Shown here piece by piece: positions 11,201 through 22,200 of a DNA stretch of 64,000 bases. The DNA is from Phyllobates terribilis (taxonomy: Eukaryota): positions 444,292,001 to 444,356,000 of the forward strand of contig NW_027362767.1 in assembly GCF_046119375.1 (NCBI RefSeq). Direction: 5' to 3'. A model generated the notes under the pieces. That model was not told the origin of the DNA and searched no databases. It saw only the letters and a program-made list of their open reading frames with translations. The position numbers were made by a program, and so were the translations under genes. Numbering within the stretch: position 1 is the stretch's first letter; each line of letters opens with the position of its first letter.

Positions 11201-12300
11201 TCCAGCAGCATTTCTGCCATCCACACGGGTACCCGGACCAAGTGTTGACAGACCAGGGACCTGCCTTTGAAGCGGAGGTCTTCCAAGAATTCTGCACTCT
11301 GTATGGCTGCCGGAAGATAAGGACAACACTCTATCATCCGCAAACTAATGGACTTTGTGAGAAAATGAACCAGGTGGTAATGGATCTTCTGAAAACGTTG
11401 CCCCTGGAAGAACGCAGTCTGTGGCCTGAGAAGCTGCCCGATCTGGTGGACCTATACAACCACATCCCGGTAGGTTCCACCAACTGTACCCCGGCTTACC
11501 TAATGAGGGCGAGACCTGGTAAGTTACCTGTTGACCTGGAAATGGGAGTCCTGACACCCGAGGACACTTCACCAGAAGCAGACTGGGACACAGAGAGGCA
11601 GCAGCAGTACCGGAGAGTACAGGAGAGTGTGGAGCGAAGTCTCTGTCAGGCTAGGGAAAGACAAGAGAAAACTTACAACCAGTATGCTCCCGCTGTTCCC
11701 CTGGTACCCGGAGAGCAGGTCTTGAAGAGAAAAAGACGGCTCCACAAGTTGGACGACCAGTGGGAGAAGGGCCCGTACACCGTACTGCCCTCAAGCCACG
11801 ACAACCCAAAGGTCTGTACCATCAGTAAAGACGGAGGGGAAACCACGACCATTGTATCCCGGGATCACCTGAAGAAGTGTCCCGAACAGCTACGGAACCC
11901 TGAAGAGGAACAAGAAGACCCTCGACCCGTAGAGGAAAGGGAAGACATGGTTAGTACTGTGCTCGGAGACTTCCCTCGGTCTTGGACTCAAGTCAATGGC
12001 GCAGTTGTGGTACCCGTACTCACCTTCCTCCAACCAGCATCCCAAGCACCTACGGAGCGACAGGTAGAGCTGGAAGAGCAGCCGGTCCAGGAGGCAGAAG
12101 ACTCCACACAAGCAGAACAGGAGGATCAACCCTCTGCTTATAGTGAGCCTGCCGTACCCCTAGTGAGCCAAGGAGCCGGTAGACAGCTGCCCAGTTTACC
12201 CTTGACAGCTCCTACGCCCTGTAGTTCAGGGCTAGACAGTCAGCTCCGTAGGTCCACTAGGGCCACTAGAGGCCAGTTACCCGCACGTTGGAGGATTTGA
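8164..12300 (+). pseudogene. pol: Pol (protease, RT, RNase H, integrase) with one premature stop
   Basis: LLDTGSQV protease, YPLPRIEE and YLDDVIVYS RT, LYTDASNIGLGAVL RNase H, H..H..CRDCGPC zinc finger, and the LDHV/TDQG/CEKMN DDE core. ORFs 8245-9870 and 9898-12300 share a frame and are separated only by TAA at 9868-9870. Confidence 0.95.
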
Positions 12301-12645
12301 AGTGTATAAATTGTTTTATTTGTGGTTACCTGTTTTTCTTGTTGCTTGTGTATAATTATGTGTTTCTAGTTGTTTATAGGAGTCTTTGGTGGATTTACCG
12401 GGAATCCTGTGTACATAGTTGGAGCGTAACCCAGGACGGACTAAAGACTGTTAAGGACTCGGGGTAGGACAGACCCCTACCTGGTTACGTCTCCCTGTTT
12501 TGGTGAAATGGACACCTTGCTTTTCTTCAAAAACTGCACCCGGTTGCGGACACGCCGTGACCATCTTTATATGTTTTTCTTATTGTACTATACCTTGTTA
12601 TGTTTTTCCAAAAATATGTTTAGTCCCGGAGTACTAAATTTCACT

Positions 12646-12654
12646 AGGGGGGAA
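12646..12654 (+). promoter_or_regulatory. Polypurine tract
   Basis: AGGGGGGAA directly abuts the TG of the 3' LTR. Confidence 0.85.
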
Positions 12655-13648
12655 TGTGACACCCCAGGGGTCTGGTTGCCACAGTGATAGAGATATTACG
12701 TCTGAGAGCAGGTGGGAGGTCTCTTGGTCAGGGATCCTATGCATGCCACACCTCCTGCCCAGTCCTGGGAGGGGAAGAACTTCCCCTATATTAACCTAGG
12801 GCTGAGGCAGGGTTAGTGAGTAGAGAAGAAGTAGAGACAGAGAAGCAGATATAGGAAAAGAACATCAGGAGCTCTGTGGGAACAGTGCTACAAGGAGTCA
12901 GGGGCTGGCAGCTGCAGAGCTCGCCCTGACTGAGAAGTATCACCGGACCCGGAGTCCGAGGCTGTGGGGACTAATCTCTACCCAGCAGCAGAAACCGACC
13001 GGCAGGGGATTGCAGGTCCTCTGGCCCAGAAACCCGAAGGCACGGTCACACGCGTGGGACCAGCACCGCCATCGTGGAGCGGAAGCCATTAGAAGGCCCC
13101 GAGTCACCGGCCATACGGGTGAGCACCACACGGTACACTCAGGGACGTGGGCTACTTTTACCCGCCTCTAGCAAGGTAGCCAGAAGAGTACAGTTAGTTG
13201 GGAAGGCCTACAACTCCGCCTGGCCAGGGGAGATCCCATCTGCTCAAGGACTGACCAGGACCCGATTGCTAGCAAGTACTCCGGGAGGGTCTATCTTTGT
13301 CACCAGTAAAGACCCTGAACTACACCGCATCGTCTCTGAGTGGTTCCTGCTACCCCCATCATCCACGTCGGCTGCCCTGAGGCCATACCCCTCCCGTTGG
13401 GGGTTATACCATCCACGCTGCACCATCCTTCCACCGGCCTCAGCGGTCTGCCCTGCAGCGGCAGCTCCATAGCTGCATTCAACGGGTGGCGTAGTCATCC
13501 ACCATCTACTGCTAATAGACTGCCACTTAGTCTGACTCCCTGGGCACGGACCGGGTCACCGCCACGAGACTACTACCCCCATCTGATCCGGCTCCGGGTA
13601 GGCTCCCGCGTGCGCAACGCTGCGCGACTCAGGCCCAGGGGCGCGTCA
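12655..13648 (+). repeat. 3' LTR
   Basis: Near-identical copy of 5720-6713, followed by TSD TAAA. Confidence 0.97.
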
Positions 13649-14230
13649 TAAACATGATGTGTCTGATGATGTCTCACACACCACATGGCCAGATAAGGTT
13701 GTAAAATGTTAAAATGACATCTCCCGGTGAATGCATTTGTCACGGTTGAAAGCAATGCAAAAGTGAAAAAACGCATCAAAAACGCTATGTGTGAACATAG
13801 CCCAAGGTGTGGAGGAGCATTTTTGTTGTTGGTTATTTATTTTGCTTTATATACAAGTCATTACCCTGGAAAGGAAGTTCCTTAACATTTTTCCCAGGAA
13901 AATCCATTTTGGTTTCGTTTTTGTATGTTTTATTGTGAATCCGTAAAAGTGGCATAATACTCTGACAACGTTGTTGACAGCAGTGATCTGGGAGTCAGAA
14001 ATGCATCCAGGGGTCTTCCCCATGCTGTTCCCATGTCATTTGAGCACTGTTCCCATTGATTTGGGCAATTTTTGACCTTCTGCAGACCGCCGGGAGGGAG
14101 CCGCCTGAAAAATGCTCGAGTTGCCCATAGACTTACATTGGGCTCGTTGCTCGGGTCGAGCACCCAAGTATTCCAATGTGCTCGACCCGAGCAACGATCA
14201 ACCGAGCATTTTAGTGCTCGCTCATCACTA

Positions 14231-14345
14231 GTAGGCAGTACTATCTGTACCTACATCATTTATGGGAAGTGACAGGTAGGCAGCACTATCTGTACCTACA
14301 CCATTTACATGGAGGGAGGGAGTACTAACTGTAACTACATATTTT
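14231..14345. repeat. Continuation and decay of the 45-bp minisatellite
   Basis: gtaggcagtactatctgtacctacatcattt resumes in register after the hAT right TIR. Confidence 0.9.
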
Positions 14346-14660
14346 ACTGCTAGAGAAAGGGAGGCAAAACTCTTTGTACCTGAATCGTTTACAGGGATAG
14401 TTAGGGAGCTAGTACTACCTCTGCTTACTTACTGAGAGAGAGAATTAGGCAGTACTGTTTCATCATCATTTCTTAAGGTAAAATGTTGGTCTTTTAACTC
14501 AAGCAAGTTGACCACTATATGTTCCTAAACCCCACTATAGGGATGGTGATCATTGTGATGCCACATAGTCTTTGGTTTAGTAAGATATCTGGTGGTTGAA
14601 TAATTATTCTCGGTAATCTGTTACACTGACTAGATAAACGCTTTGTTCTCTGTTCTTTAG

Positions 14661-14841
14661 AGGAGAATTTCTGTGAACAAAGACTTTGTAGAAAGCTTCA
14701 AGTCTATTCTCCACTGGATTCTGATAGTAATGAAGAGCGGTGCGGAGGAGCTTCAACCTCTCCGAGAAAGCACTTTGAGGGTCCATCTGGCATCCTCAAA
14801 ACTCAACACAACCCAGTAAAAAAGTTGTAATGATTAATAAA
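14661..14841 (+). other. Candidate terminal exon of an unidentified transcript
   Basis: Polypyrimidine acceptor ctttgttctctgttctttag, two open frames of about 52-55 codons ending in TAA, and AATAAA at 14836-14841. No recognisable homology. Confidence 0.25.
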
Positions 14842-17263
14842 TGAAAGAAAACTGTCCTTAACATCCAAATAAATGCTGTGTATGTACAAACCCCTCAGAT
14901 GGAAAGTTTTCTCGTGTTATATCTTATCAAGTTATTTGGAGTAGGGAGGGGGATTGTCTATTCTTACCGAAACCAGACAAGTATGGAGTGTAATAGAGTA
15001 TGCAAGTAGATACGTTTCTGACTTGGCATTAATCATTGGACACGTAACAAGGCTCATGAAAGGGTAGTACATTGACTTATAGGGTGAGTCTATGTTCACA
15101 TGTCCATACCTATCTCCATTTTTTGATACATTTTGTAATAAAAAAAACTGGAAATAATATGATCGAGCACAGGATCAATGAACGGGATGGAAATCTCCTA
15201 CAATTTCTTCCATGTGACTACAATCCGTTCAATAACTGGATTGAAAAGTGCATTCTGCACAAATATTTGTCTGACCACATAAACGAAAAGCAACTGGATC
15301 CATTATTTTTTATGTTGAAGCCGATGGTAAAAAAATCATGATGGATGATCATCTGTTATGTCATCCATTAATGGATCCATTTTTAAGCACTGCAAATTCC
15401 AAAACGCTAGACGTGACAGAGACAAATCCAGTAACAATGTATCTGTTACAAATGGAACAAAAATGGATGCAAAACAGAAACCAAAGTGTGTTTGTAACAG
15501 ATATTGGATACAAATTATTTATATTTTTTAATACTGGATCCATTACAAATTTATGACAACTGGTTATGTGAACAAAGCTTAACTTATAGCAAATCAATTC
15601 AAAGCAAATCAAATTTGCATCAATTTTGCAAATTTCCAAATTTTGTGAATCCCTTCAGGCAAATCCAGCAAAATGTTGTCTGGCTGCCATATTGTCGGAT
15701 TCACATGGGTCTTGAAAGACATTAAAAAAAATTATACTCTCTTCGTTATTCACCAGTTCTGCCACCAAAGCTCCCTGACTAGTCAGCCGATCTTTCTCGA
15801 TTTTTTTGAGGTGCCTTCTATGTTTCAGGTGTGACTCTGGACATCCACTTCTGGATCTTTAGTTTTTACTGCATTTTTGTCATCAATTAGTCTTAGCGAC
15901 GCAAGCCACGATGTTGCGAAGTCACAACATCAGACATCAACGGCTTGGGAGCCCGGACAAAGAATGAAAATCCAGAAGAAGACATCCATCGCAACAACCA
16001 AAGGGGACACCTCAGATCCACAGAGATTGATTAGATAACAATTTGGGAAACTTCAGTGTCAGGACAGGTGAGCGCCTAGGTGAGTATAATTTTTCTTTAG
16101 AACACTATTGCTCTGATTAATCAAAGTGTTTAGGACATCAATCTGGCAATAAGTCACTTAGAAAAGTCTCAATTTATTTGCGCAAAGCGAGGTTGGTAGA
16201 AACATTTTAGCCTTTTGTTATCTGTAGACCATTTTTGTCAAGCGCCACCAAAATATGCATGCCTGGGGTGGGACGGGGTAGGCTTGGCAGCATCCATTCA
16301 TTTAATTCATGATGAGCTGTGTGTGCCTCTTAATAAATCCACCAACATGCCCCCTCATCATGACCGGTGTGAACAATGCCGATCTTGGTAAATCGGTGAC
16401 AAAGTTTTCAAGCTTTGCCGTTTGGTAAAAGAACCCAAAGCAAAAGACACAAGCAAATTGAGTTTCCAGGCCAAATTCCAGTGAACTGCAGAATTTAAAT
16501 TCATCTCACCTAAGTACCAATCCTGGGTGGCACCTTATTTTTCTTTTGCTCTGGGAAAGAGATAATTTGGATACTTTGAGCACCCAACACCCAAAAGAGT
16601 CATCTTTACATACATTTCTGATCTGGTCATGTTCCAAGGCTTGTTAAATGGTCTGACATTGACTGAAATGAGAGAGAGGACTGTTCCCCGACTTCCTCCA
16701 GATGTCAGTTTTGTCCAAAAGAAGTGAGAAGGAGATGGTCTCTGAGTAATGGAAACTCCCTTTAAATCTAAATGATAGCTTTAAGCTGAAGATGTGGCTA
16801 TAGTAGTTCCGGCTTTCAGGAAAATCTAAACAATGGCTGAAAATTGCTGACATTATAGAAACATGTCAGAACTTGTGATTGGTGGGAGTCTGAGACCCCC
16901 ACACGTGGCTCCAATGAACAGGCTGTGGTGTCCTTCTGGGTGGTGTGGTCTTTTGGTTTCTGTTTTCTGGTTCAGAAAACAGATCTGTTGCCATAGGCAG
17001 CCTGATGTTAAATTAGTTACTTGAGGAAGAAGAGCAATCCTCTGGGGTTTCAGGTGATTGTATCCGTCTATTTGCTCAATAAATATAGAGTTCAGATACT
17101 GAGACGGTCTTAACCCTTTTCCCCTGTGACATTATAACATTTTTTTCCACGTTATCTTACTGCACAATATCAGGCAGGAATGAATCATCGCTGTGACAAT
17201 CTGTGTAATTATTTATTTGTATTTCGTTTTATTGTGTATTCATTGTTGCAGTATTGTTTCTGC

Positions 17264-18008
17264 ATTGTAGCAGTTTGTGGCTAATTTCCATGACACTCGT
17301 GTTCTGTTTCTACCTTCATCGCCCCCCCCCCCCCCCGAGGAAGCAGCATGCAAAACGCGCGTCGGGGCAACAGCGGGGTACAAGTGCACCACCATAGCAC
17401 ACGGGTAAGAGGACTGTAGTCACGGCTCAAACCTTGCGCCTCTCTCTATTATAAGCACTTGGCACTTTATCTTTTCAGGCTGCTACAAACAGAATAGATT
17501 ATTGTAAGGTCTATAGACCATTCAGTAGTTACTGCATAAAATAACTCCTTCTGCGGGCTTTTACATATGTAAGCAGCACTACTGTATTTAGACTGTGGCG
17601 CTAGAAATGAAGGGGTTATTCTGTCCTCCCCTTCCACTTTAATGGGGAATTTTTCTGGGTAAGGTATATAGAATTGAACACAATATATATGTATTAGTCT
17701 CATTTACCTTGCTCATGTGACGGCCTTATGTTGTGCTATTGCCCACCTGTCCATATCTTTTTGCACTCTTCAGCATATATACTATATTACTAAAACTTGT
17801 TTTTAGATGTTCTATAAAACAATATGGTCTTTTAAGTCAAGCAAGTCTCTTTGACCTATTCTTTTTGGGCTTCTCTGCTCCCTTTTTTGGTCTTGATTGG
17901 ATAAATGGTTTTTGGGAGTGCCCCTTTTCTAGGACCATGGTCCTTCTTTTTGTCCATGTTGCTATCTATGTTTATATTGTAGCAGTTTGTGGCCTATTTC
18001 CATGACAC
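17264..18008 (+). mobile_element. Possible Penelope-like or retrozyme-type relic with a terminal direct repeat and a degenerate hammerhead motif
   Basis: attgtagcagtttgtggc..atttccatgacac occurs at 17264 and 17976 (712-bp period). CCCC-CGAGGA-AGCAGCATGC-AAAA-CGCGC-GTC-GGGG lies at 17332-17367. Confidence 0.4.
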
Positions 18009-18376
18009 CTGTGTGCTCATTCATGGATATGTGTTGTCTGCACCATGAAGTGGACGGGGACGGGGCAGAGATCCGCAGCCAAAAGTGTAATTAATCAAGG
18101 TAAATGATCTTCCAAGGGACGTCCTGAGCAAAAACAATAACAAAATGAGCGGATGACTACAAAGGGGTTGAAATGGAACAAATAGGTACGAGGGGACTGC
18201 TGGGATCATTATAGGGACAGCAAACCCTTATTCTTGTGCTTGGAAAACGCTTTTAAGTGTCCTTAAGTCAACTCTCCTTAGTGAGCTATTGGGTAGATTT
18301 TTTTGAGTCTGTAGGGTACACAGTAAACACTAAATATTCCTGAATTTAAGTGATTGATGGGATTAAATGTAATAAT

Positions 18377-18530
18377 TAGGGATGAGTGGAACCGCTGAAC
18401 TTCAACCTGAACCCGAACTCCATTGAAATCAATGGGTACCCAAACTTTGGAGCTGGCAAATCCCCCTCTCTCTCTCTCTAGGTGTCCAGTATGAACCCTG
18501 AACTTTACAGTTCGGGTTCGCTCATCTCTA
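18377..18530. mobile_element. hAT-type MITE (154 bp)
   Basis: Ends TAGGGATGAG and CTCATCTCTA, with flanks GTAATAAT/GAAATAAT (7/8 TSD). Confidence 0.75.
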
Positions 18531-18758
18531 GAAATAATGGACTTTAAAGAAGCACTCTCTTAAAACTTTTTTTTTGTTTAAAACTGTGTTAATATATATG
18601 TAATTTAGTGTACATGTGGCTTTATACTCATCGATTGCAATCTTCCACAGTATACAGGGCTTCTCTGGTCCTCTCCTTGGCCATGTGATTTAGGGAAGAG
18701 GGGAAACAATAGTGACATTAACACCAGGTAAAAAAAAATTGCACCTGCAGGTGACAGG

Positions 18759-19852
18759 TGTAGTGTCGGCGTCCCTGCCTCCTGCTAGGCAGGGACGCTG
18801 TTCCCCTCACCTCTCCGCTCCGTGCCCGGTGTCTTCCTCACGCTCTGCTGGCAGCGCGCGCTGCTTCCCGGCCACGGTGCTAAGGGCGCGCGCGCTCCCC
18901 CTCTCTTAAAGGGGCCGCGCGCGCCGTCCTAAGGAGTCCCCGGCCAATGGCCGGAGGACTTCACCATATATAAGGCACCTCCTCCAAAATGGAGGTGCCC
19001 GAGTAATGTTGTTGCAAAGCCTTCACTCTGCTTCAGCCCTCAGGTCCCGTTACCAGTTACCTGCCAGTCACCTGCCAGATTCCTGCTTGTTACCTGCCTG
19101 TCACCTGCCAGATTCCTGCCTGTTACCTGCCAGTCACCTGCCAGATTCCTGCTTGATACCTGCCTGATATCCGCTTACCTGCTTGCAAGCCTGCGGTCCG
19201 ACGGTCTGCCTTCCGACACCTGTCAGTCTGTCTATGGACCAGCCTGCCCGCTCACCTGGGAGCGCTCACCTGCTACCTGCCTGCTAGCCTACCTGGAGGC
19301 TCTGCCGTCACTTGCCGTGACCACCTGCCTGTCCAGAGACTCTTGCCCGCTCACCTGGGAGCGCTCACCTGCTACCTGCCTGCTAGCCTACCTGGAGGCT
19401 CTGCCATCACTTGCCGTGACCACCTGCCTGTCCAGAGACTCTTGCCCGCTCACCTGGGAGCATCCACCTGCTACCTGTCTGCTAGTCTACCTGGGGGTTC
19501 TGCCGTCACTTGCCGTGACTACCTGCCTGTCCATAGACTCTCGCCCGCTCACCTGGGAGCGCTCACCAGCCACCTGCCTGCTGTCCTTCTACCCAGAGAC
19601 TGTCCCTGTCACTTGCTGTGACTACCTGCCCTTCTACCCAGAGACTGTCCCTGTCACTTGCCGTGACTACCTGCCCTTCTACACAGAGACTGTCCCTGTC
19701 ACTTGCCGTGACCTCCTGCCCCTTCTACCCAGAGACTGTCCCTGTCACTTGCCGTGACTACCTGCCCGTCTTCCCTGGGAGCCACCCGCTTCCTTACAAG
19801 GACCGCCCCCTTGTATAGTTGCTCAGAGGTTCCACCTCCCAGACCCGTTACA
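18759..19852 (+). mobile_element. Solo LTR with internal tandem repeats
   Basis: TGTAG...GTTACA ends, 5-bp TSD ACAGG (18754-18758 and 19853-19857), TATA-like catatataagg near 18966, and pyrimidine-rich repeats at 19050-19760. Confidence 0.85.
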
Positions 19853-21093
19853 ACAGGTACTCCTTACTGGTAATTTTTGGGACATAGTTTGCAACAATGT
19901 ATCAGCCATAACCCATAACTAGCTGGATTTCTAGGGGTGGTGTTGTAACTAGCGATGAGGGAATCAATTTGTTGCCAGATTGATTTGTGATGAATGTTAT
20001 TAATTTGCTGGACCCTAGAAAATTCAACAAATTATGACTCCCGTCATTTTCACATTGCAAATAATTGCATCAGCCCAATAAGGCTCATGTCACATCAATA
20101 GCAGATAAGTGCCTTCCTCATAATGCCCTATGAATCTCACATCTTATGGTATATAGAGCACAGCCAGTACGGATGGACTCTCATAGCCTGTATAAAAGCA
20201 GAGGCAGAGAATGCAGCAGCCGTTTTAGGGTGAATCTGAATTGTGAGAGAACATCACAGATCACATCATAGCCATATAGATAGGGGGAAAAAAAAACATA
20301 AAACACTGAATAACCATTACAGATAGTGTGTGACAGCACAATGAAGAACAGTTACCATAGTCATACATGGTGAGGTCAAGTGGACGTTGCTTTGGTTGTG
20401 TTTGCATTAAAAAGTTTGAAAGGTGTTGGATATAGTTCTAGGAGAACTCAGGGTTTTAAATATGTATTTTCAATTATGGCATGTATGATGGCAGTTGGAG
20501 ACTTTGCAGACAATTTGCTGTAAAATTATATTTTGGGGGGAAAAATTTGCAAAGCTGGAAAATTTAGAATTTTAAAAGATTCACTCATCTCTACTTGATA
20601 CATTAATATTAAGAGAAAAAGATCAGGTCTTCACTTCTGTCACAGGCTGATAGAATGTACAGTATCTTCCTGCATTTATTTCTTCATCCACATCTCTGTA
20701 CTAAAGCTATGAATACATGGAGTCTCACTCTGTAGAGGGCAGCCTTGTCTCAAGTACTAAACCATAACCTCGCTCTCGCTTTTTTTTTTTTTTTTCCCCT
20801 GACATAATCTTCTGTCATGCTGAAAACTATCTGGAGCATATTAAAATCAGAGATTGCATGTGTGGAACAGTGTGAAAGAAACAAGTTAGCTTTCCCTTCT
20901 GCAAATAATATTTATGCCGTCAGCCTTTAACAACCAATTACGTGCGTCTTCTTCTGGACGGTCTACATCTGATTCTTATGAAGAGGTCAAATTCCCGGGT
21001 GATTTAATGAGATGCGTCAGGAATGAGCTCGTCCATCTACTAATGGAGGCAATGAAATGCAGCATAAAAGCAGCAGAAGGTGCAAGTGAAAAG

Positions 21094-21150
21094 TGGCTGC
21101 AAGTGACGTGGCTGCAAGTGACGTGGCTGCAAGTGACGTGGCTGCATGTG
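21094..21150. repeat. 15-bp tandem repeat (aagtgacgtggctgc), about 4 units
   Basis: Seen directly in the sequence. Confidence 0.85.
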
Positions 21151-21489
21151 AGAGACGTGCCCCAGGTGTAAATTACTCTGTGACGTTCACACATGTAGCA
21201 GCGCTAACATGAACTTGCTTTGGGGTTGGTGCATTAGAGATGCAATCCTACGTAAACTGCTTGGTGTGCCATGGTCTGAGATGGATGTTTGTTTGGTGCA
21301 ACGACTGTTACTTTGTTACTTTTGCTGGCCAGTTAATAAAATGGGGGCCTAGCATTGATCTAAAACGGGAAAATAAACGCTATATTAAAATGCACTAAAT
21401 TTAATAGGCAGCACCTCAACGTTGGTGTATTTTGCGAAGCCCGTGCTCTACACAGTGAAGTCTACACTAGCCATGAGCTCAGTTACGTG

Positions 21490-22200
21490 AGCCCCGTTTC
21501 CCGCTATACTATATGGTGCCTTCCTAGCAGGTTTAGCGAGGGGTCGCACCAATATATGATCACGACCTCCGGTTCTTGGCTGAGGATTATTTGCCTCCAC
21601 CAACTTGGGATCCGGTACCCTTTCCTTGCCTGACCCGTCACCCGTAATTTCCTGGGTCCTTAGGGTCCCTTCTTCCTTCGTGTTCCCGGGCCTTTCTCTT
21701 CGGTTCCTTTCTCTTTCTGATCTGTTCCTTTCCTTCTCTCCTTCTTGCCCGGCCCGTGTCCCTAGGTCTGGCTCTGGAGCAGAACTCCAGCGGAGCCTCT
21801 GCTCCCCTCCTCCTCCACTCTCACTTTCTCCTCACAAACTGAACTTCTCTCCTCTCTTCTCTCTTAGAACTAAGATGGTGCCCACCTTATATACCTCCTC
21901 CTCTGTGTCTGAGCCCAGGTGACCTGCAACCAATGAGCTCCTTCCTATGCCTAGGAACCAGCCCCTATCTGCTCCCACATCACTAGGGTTCCCCCCTCTC
22001 CCGACTCCAGCCAGGGACATAGTCAGTCGTGCCTGCGTACTAATGGGAGCACCGTAGAGCTGTCCCCCGGAAATGAGGAGTGTATATGTGTGCAGCTAAC
22101 TGAGCCCTGGTCCACACTCCATCCTTACCCGGGAGTGGAATACCACACCTCTGGTTGAGGTGCAATACCCCTGTAGCAGCCGAGCCCTCGGGGCGCTACA
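21490..22200 (-). mobile_element. Partial LTR of the same family as the solo LTR at 62541-63751
   Basis: The reverse complement tgtagcgccccgagggctcggctgctacag..gtattgcacctcaaccagaggtgtg..taaggatggagtgtggaccagg aligns to 62541 onward, and gctaggaaggcacca is also shared. The LTR 3' part is missing. Confidence 0.85.

Larger units (their letters stand above)
5720..13648 (+). mobile_element. Ty3/Gypsy LTR retrotransposon, near-intact
   Basis: Two 994-bp LTRs (TG...CA), 4-bp TSD TAAA (5716-5719 and 13649-13652), PBS, PPT, and domain order gag-PR-RT-RNaseH-INT. Confidence 0.98.
652..14230 (+). mobile_element. hAT DNA transposon copy 1, full length with both ends, carrying a nested Gypsy element
   Basis: TIRs TAGTGATGAGTGAGCA (652-667) and TGCTCGCTCATCACTA (14215-14230) match 15/16. 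The 8-bp TSD GTAGGCAG is perfect at 644-651 and 14231-14238. A hAT transposase lies inside. Confidence 0.96.

Noticed and set aside
11900-12640. Possible env gene after the integrase
   Set aside because: The pol C-terminal tail is low-complexity and only about 350 bp of T-rich UTR follows. There is no signal peptide or transmembrane ORF.
15300-15720. Degenerate ggatcc-rich and caaatt-rich MITE-like patches (similar ones near 19950, 20550, 26860, 28910-29410 and 54820)
   Set aside because: They are probably old MITEs, but I could not pair TIRs with matching TSDs, so no boundaries are claimed.
19317-19818. 146-aa repetitive Cys/Leu-rich ORF
   Set aside because: It lies in the tandem repeats of a solo LTR bounded by a TSD.
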